Positions 59,901 to 64,000 of a stretch of DNA of 64,000 nt are shown here, one piece after another. The notes under the pieces were generated by a model. It was not told the DNA's origin, made no database searches, and was given only the letters and a program-made list of their open reading frames with translations. Position numbers and translations under genes: made by a program. Position 1 is the stretch's first letter, and every line of letters starts with the position of its first letter. Source of the DNA: Euglena gracilis (Eukaryota); NCBI GenBank assembly GCA_039621445.1, contig CP154954.1, forward strand, positions 8,372,634 through 8,436,633, given 5' to 3'.

Positions 59901-60888
59901 CGTGAACCAAGGGAAAATTACCGTACAGGAATGGCGAGATTTTGTCATAAATTTCAGAATAGCCTGGAGACAGGTGAAAAGCGCCACTGACGATGAGGCA
60001 GAAAGACTGGTCAAGGGAAAACTGCCAAATTTCATTTTGCATTGGGTCGCCGATGAGGAGGAAAGGAAATCAACGTGTGGACCGAAAGTCCAAATATACC
60101 CTGGAGTGCCTGCAACCGAGGAAAACATTATTTGTGCTGTGGAACGTGTCACTGGGGAAAAGCCCTGCAAGGTTTCGAAAGTTTCACCGCTGGAGTTCGA
60201 AGTCTTTTTGCCCAACACTACGATTTGCGACAAACTGAAAGAGGTCAGTGGGAAACCAATCACAGGCACGGATAAAAGGATCAAAATTGTGGAGGAACAG
60301 CCAAAAATGGGAGTTGAAGAAATTTTCCGTTTTGTTGAGCGAAAATTGTCATCCAGGGATTCTCAAGACATGATACACAGTTCCAGGGAGCCAAATGCAT
60401 TTGGAAACCGGAGGGCCAGGTCTGCTAAGGCAGATCGGGCCAAGGGGTCCAGGACACCCTCCCCAACACGGTCAGCAAAGGGGGGCGAAACGGTGGCAAA
60501 ACCGTCCGTTGGAAAATCAGATTCACAGGTGGCAGCTCCTGCGACCAATGCAAACGTGAACCCCCCCGTGCAAAATCCAGTGCCAGTGGTTCGATCACAG
60601 TCATTGCCACCCCCCCAGCAATCTCAATTTGGCAATGGGGGGGGATGGAGAAACGATTCTGGGTGGAATTCCAATGCCAATGCCAATTTTCAGGGAAATC
60701 AGTGGTGGCACTCAAATCAACAGAATTTTGATTCACAGTCTGGTGGTGGCAAAGGCAAAGGCAAAGGCAAGGGCAAAGGAAACAATTCTTGGGGGAAAGG
60801 AAACAATGGAAATGACTGGTCTAGGGGAAAGGGCCAGGATGGTGGAAAAGGCAAAGGAAAAGGAAGGGGGAAAGGAAACCGTTGCTAG
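56662..60888 (+). CDS. gag: Family C Gag (start uncertain: ATG 56662 or 56998)
   Basis: ~1300-1400 aa open frame. Core APNFSGQPKDWSSFVRDW...TLDD...GKITVQEWRDF aligns with B gag (FSGNAEDWPQWRRRW...GKLTEREWREY). Coiled coil and GKG/W-rich tail. Confidence 0.85.
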   Translation: MADFSILSKISETAKKTILRTGWGWGNHLGEKTGVDLSPPTPGESAGPTPETPTPLLSVVLPTGEDPPGPSARRDSAVAGATGGPGVADPVNMVSRGWLTDFVSKDFSDPVNMVHEGSFTNPVVCEFSEESAEMCSFSDHSVRVSDCGENFLRSVAEINFQNEKETVFSAAQFSEPVASLQIVTESVAENNFQATETLSSSEFSETTQESESDADSGRGSITFIRPITVAGPENFQLVPLHSSDEEPDPPAYESETEEEKQAENAIIQEMVMQRMKAAGMWPVNFSGFQQISVSSRDSSPGPEQKMLCLTAQPEPLLLTQSSETQSAQPAAAQLQVFQPAQQFSAGSSVPAIMGPAQMTSQVFQPAQQFSAGSSVSAIMGPAQMTSQVFHPAQQFSAESSVPAIMGPAQMTSQVFQPAQQFSAGSSVPAIMEPAQMTSKVFQPAQQFSAGSSVPAIMGPAQMTGQVFQPASTVSSNTGPAQVFEPIQPDFPQTQPQNLQPNTSFSAETGSENPENQHDVEMESGYGQSDDDWNNWGEEISCKIECLHGRLLVQEGKNPEKMAENLVGEAENRLNRALAMSHRQTLNLVNEALGMHDQRMADHIAMVKREIQAELSATINDLLLQFQQNGEMVQNLAQCQRHLLSVEMERQFAEKVKKVEDGVNSFFEAQVEGLRKNKRDFSQKLSILEKSVGEMHVVVQQVGEKEKQQEIAVNQVKSAVGELSSDLEGRFGIIFQQCKGLGETECANFQAQAEKLKEFSQSLERESKALNDRLGRLENFLGRKDFPIEKVCDLINKSEETIRLEVQRELGLQTRKNLEVIISEMLQERLRLSEREGQFEKVRAEMENSMKQQVGILLQQQCIELRKEQQERKKLQQKLDLFQAEFLVMKNQQAESAKSATVDLTKETREKSAGNPEIEEFDLFGYNDLPVIGKNPVEIEGYEYAEPGSHATHVRQVCARPVGAVPAGAGLVSSNAVATHQLMKNLVAPNFSGQPKDWSSFVRDWDQYFRTLVILQNGHMSDSLKLQLFAMTLDDTNQKELQFRLELNGKTSFEEEFDRLEGKYAGTQSECARKKWYDVNLVNQGKITVQEWRDFVINFRIAWRQVKSATDDEAERLVKGKLPNFILHWVADEEERKSTCGPKVQIYPGVPATEENIICAVERVTGEKPCKVSKVSPLEFEVFLPNTTICDKLKEVSGKPITGTDKRIKIVEEQPKMGVEEIFRFVERKLSSRDSQDMIHSSREPNAFGNRRARSAKADRAKGSRTPSPTRSAKGGETVAKPSVGKSDSQVAAPATNANVNPPVQNPVPVVRSQSLPPPQQSQFGNGGGWRNDSGWNSNANANFQGNQWWHSNQQNFDSQSGGGKGKGKGKGKGNNSWGKGNNGNDWSRGKGQDGGKGKGKGRGKGNRC
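56939..56951 (+). promoter_or_regulatory. PBS-like site, initiator Met tRNA with a 1-nt bulge
   Basis: TGGTTAGCAGAGG versus TGGTAGCAGAGG in family B. Confidence 0.6.
57664..58070 (+). repeat. 78-bp coding tandem repeat (26 aa QVFQPAQQFSAGSSVPAIMGPAQMTS, ~5 copies)
   Basis: Units start at 57664, 57742, 57820, 57898, 57976 and 58054 (partial). Confidence 0.95.
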
Positions 60889-63800
60889 GACAGCCGGGGT
60901 GGACCGTTGGGGGCGGGAGCCGCCCCGGGCTCGCATACCCAGCCCCACACAAAGACATACGCAAATCCCAGGTGGCAAGAAAACTCTCGTGTGAGTGAAA
61001 CCACGATGAAAAATCTGCCATCCCAGGAGAGCTCTACACAAGGTGTGTCCAGTGTGTCGGGTGCGTGCCTGCGTGACGTGCAAATCTGTGACTCGGCCCA
61101 AATCTGTAAAAAACCAGACCTCATAAGAGGTCGTGCACAGCCTTCCGTAAAGAAAAGAGCTTTAGACCTTTTTTGCGGTAAAGGCTCGGTTGGGGATTGC
61201 CTGAGAGAGCAGGGGTTTAAGGTTGTGTCAGTGGACATAAACCCCAGATTTAACCCAACCCACTGTGCAAATATTTTGGAGTGGAGATATTGGAGGTACC
61301 CCCCCGGATATTTTCAGATCATCGCTGCGGGGGTGCCCTGTACAGAATATAGCTTGGCCAAAACATTGGGAGTCAGAAATTTGGAGGGGGCAGATCGGCT
61401 GGTCAAAAAAACTTTGGAGATTGTCGAATATTTCAAGCCAAAATTGTGGTGGATTGAAAATCCCCGTCATGGACTTTTGCGGAAAAGACCCTGTGTTCAA
61501 AATCTGACTTTTGTCGATGTTGATTATTGTCAGTTTTCAGATTGGGGATATCAAAAGCCCACCCGAATCTGGGGGAGCGAAAATCTGAGCAAGCTACAAA
61601 ACAAACTTTGTGATGGCCAGACCTGCCCGAATTTGATTCCTGGGGGGAGGAGTCACCGAGAAAAGTTGGGAGGATATGGAATGACAGTTGGCACTCAGAA
61701 AAAATGGAGGATGCCCAAACAACTGGTGGAGTATTTGTTAACCGTGTTGGAACGAAAAAGCGGATATCGTAGGGAGGATTATGCTGTTAGGAAAGTTTGT
61801 ATGGAGGAAATTGAGAAGGAATTTCGGGTTAAGGCGGAACGGGATTGTTTTGCAACCAGCCAAAATGCCAGGTGTGAAAAGTTTTACGGGGAGGATGATG
61901 ATGCCATGAAAAAGGATTGGGGGGCGGAGGAAACGTTGTGGATGAACCCCCCCTGGACTTTGTGGCCTGAGGTGGCTGAAAAATTGCAAAATTCCAATTG
62001 TCGGGCAATTTGTATTTGCCCAGACTGGAATAGGAGGTGGGTGAAAAATCTGGTGGCTATGGCTGTCAAAAAGATTTATTTTCCCAAGGGGACAAAGTTG
62101 TTTGAGGCTGATGGGAGGATTTTGAGGGGTACCCGTTGGGGGGTGTGGGCCTTGTTGGTTGATAGAAGGCAACTCTCCCAGGGGGGGGCAGCCCCAGGGA
62201 AGAAAAAATTGGTGCGGCTGAAAAAAAGAATGTTGAGGGGGACGAAAACTCGGGGAGGATCGAAGAAACTTGGGGAGGACAGACAACTGCTGTTAAAAAC
62301 CCAGATTAAGTTGGCAAATGGGGAGGAAAAAACGGCCAGAATTTTGATTGACACGGGGGCGGAGGCAAACCTCATTCGACAAGGGTTGATAGGGGACCAC
62401 CTAATGTATCCTGCTAAGGACCCGCTAAGGTTTGAAACTGCCAATGGGCAAACTTTGGCGGGGGGGAGCAGATGTGCAAAGGTGAAAATGATCCTACAAC
62501 AAAATTGGAATGAGGAAAGGGAAATTGAGAGGGTGGAGTATGAGGTTGAATTTTATCAGGCAAACATCAACGTTGATGCCATTCTTTCTTATCCATGGTT
62601 GGCGGAGGCAAAACTGGGAATTTTTCCACACCACAAGGCGTTGGTGAAAGACAGCCCAGACCTGATTTTTTTGCGGGGTGTTGAAAGACGGAGGGGTCCG
62701 CAAAAATTCAGTGATGACAAAAATTTTTCAGTGGACAATGTGACTGTGGCAGACGGGTCTTCGTTTGGGTTGCAAAAATTTGGTCTTTGTTTGCCATTGG
62801 AGGGGTTGGACCAAGAATTGCAATTTTTGAGCGATGAGGACCTGGGGGAGGTTGCCACAAATTTGGAGGGAAGTGACCCCCCTGTGCAAGTTATCAACCG
62901 AATGATAATTGCAAGGGAGGGGGAGGACAAAAAAGAGGAGGAACGGGTAGTCAAGTTGAGGGAACAAGTTTTGGAAGATTACAGGGGGACGGTATTTCGG
63001 TCATCGCCATTTCCAGACCCCCCCGAAAGAGGACAATATGGTTATGCATACATACCTTTGAAGGAGGGGGCAAAGCCAACCAGACAGAAGCCTTTTTTCA
63101 TGCACGGTGAGAGGAAAGAGGCACTTGAGAAAATCACACAAGACTGGCTCGACAAAAAATACATTGAGCCAGCCGCAGCCAAAAATTCTGAATGGCTGTC
63201 CCAGACTTTTCCGGTTCCAAAAAAATCCAACGATTTTCCTTGGAGGGGGGTGGTGGACCTCAGGGGCCCAAACAGCCAAACAAGGCGATGCAACTACCCC
63301 CTACCCAAAATTGAAGACATTTTGGTCAAACATGGTGCAAACCAAATGTTTTCGATCATCGATTTGAAGCAAGCTTTTCACCAACAACCCTTGCACCCAG
63401 AAAGTCGACCCATAACGTGTTGTTTTACCCCCAAAGGCATTTTTCAGTGGAGGGTGAACGTAATGGGTTTGACAAATGCCCCCCAACAATTTCAGCAAAT
63501 GATCGATGACCGTTTGACACCAGTAAGGGATATCGCCACAGGGTACATAGACGACATACTGGTGAGGACAACGGTCGGGGAAGGGGAGGATCTAGTGGGG
63601 GCACATGAAAAAGATTTGAGGAGGGTGTTGGAGGTGCTGAAAACAGAACTTTTGGTGGCTGATGAATTCAAAGCCAAACTTTTCGTTGAGGAGGTCGAAT
63701 TTTGTGGACAAATTTTAGGAAACGGGACTAGGAGGCCTGCACCGGGTAAGTTACGAGCGATCGAAAAGTGGGAGGTTCCAAAAACAATTACGGCTTTGAG

Positions 63801-64000
63801 AGCCTTTTTGGGATTCACAAATTATTACAATGCATACATTCACATGTATGCGGAAGTAGCTGCCCGGCTGCAAGACAAATTGAAAGTCCCCAGGGAGGTG
63901 GGAAAGAAAGGAAGTCGAAAACCTGTGGAATTTGATGGGGAGGATTTAAAAGCTTTTGAGGAGCTGAAAAAAAGGTTGTGTTCGGGCCTAATGTTGCAAC
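60889..64000 (+). CDS. pol: Family C Pol, partial: C5-MTase, Dam-like amino-MTase, protease, RT; in frame with gag after one TAG
   Basis: Manual translation shows no stop from 60889 to the window end. ILIDTGAEAN at ~62341, IDLKQAFHQ at ~63358, YIDD at 63544-63555, LRAFLGFTNYY at ~63796. Confidence 0.93.
61156..61740 (+). other. C5-cytosine DNA methyltransferase domain in C pol
   Basis: RALDLFCGKGS, AAGVPCTEYS (PC 61336-61341), WWIENP (ENP 61456-61464), DVDYC..WGYQKPTRIW. Confidence 0.88.
61770..62165 (+). other. Dam-like (phage/DIRS-type) amino-methyltransferase domain in C pol
   Basis: RDCFATSQNARCEKFY..DDAMKKDW..ETLWMNPPW (NPPW 61945-61956)..AICICPDW..WV. Confidence 0.8.

Larger units (their letters stand above)
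56080..64000 (+). mobile_element. Ty3/Gypsy retrotransposon family C with two DNA methyltransferase domains; continues beyond the window
   Basis: Putative 5' LTR, PBS-like site, uninterrupted gag and an in-frame pol. Confidence 0.92.

Noticed and set aside
61156-62165. Bacterial restriction-modification system or prophage contamination
   Set aside because: Both MTases are fused in frame to retroelement protease and RT, with no nuclease or prokaryotic gene context.

Overview
This window is eukaryotic, repeat-saturated DNA with no recognisable host gene. It is a nest of transposons dominated by three related Ty3/Gypsy LTR retrotransposon families whose pol polyprotein begins with a DNA methyltransferase. 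Family A (6686-19211, minus) is decayed and keeps only methyltransferase motif I. Family B (33163-56079, minus) is two tandem copies sharing an LTR, with pol order C5-cytosine MTase-protease-RT-RNaseH-integrase-chromodomain. Family C (56080 to window end, plus) is open-framed as far as visible and carries two methyltransferases in tandem before the protease: a C5-cytosine MTase and a Dam-like NPPW amino-MTase. Its pol ORF runs off the window and is missing from the supplied ORF track. In B and C gag and pol are in frame and separated by one stop codon followed by a structured RNA element, which points to stop-codon readthrough; decayed A retains the same stop-plus-hairpin signal. Also present: DIRS remnants (tyrosine recombinase, RT), a CRE-like non-LTR element, a decayed hAT transposase, a small non-autonomous LTR element and a ~7.3-kb segmental duplication. 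All calls come from manual motif reading; no database searches were run.
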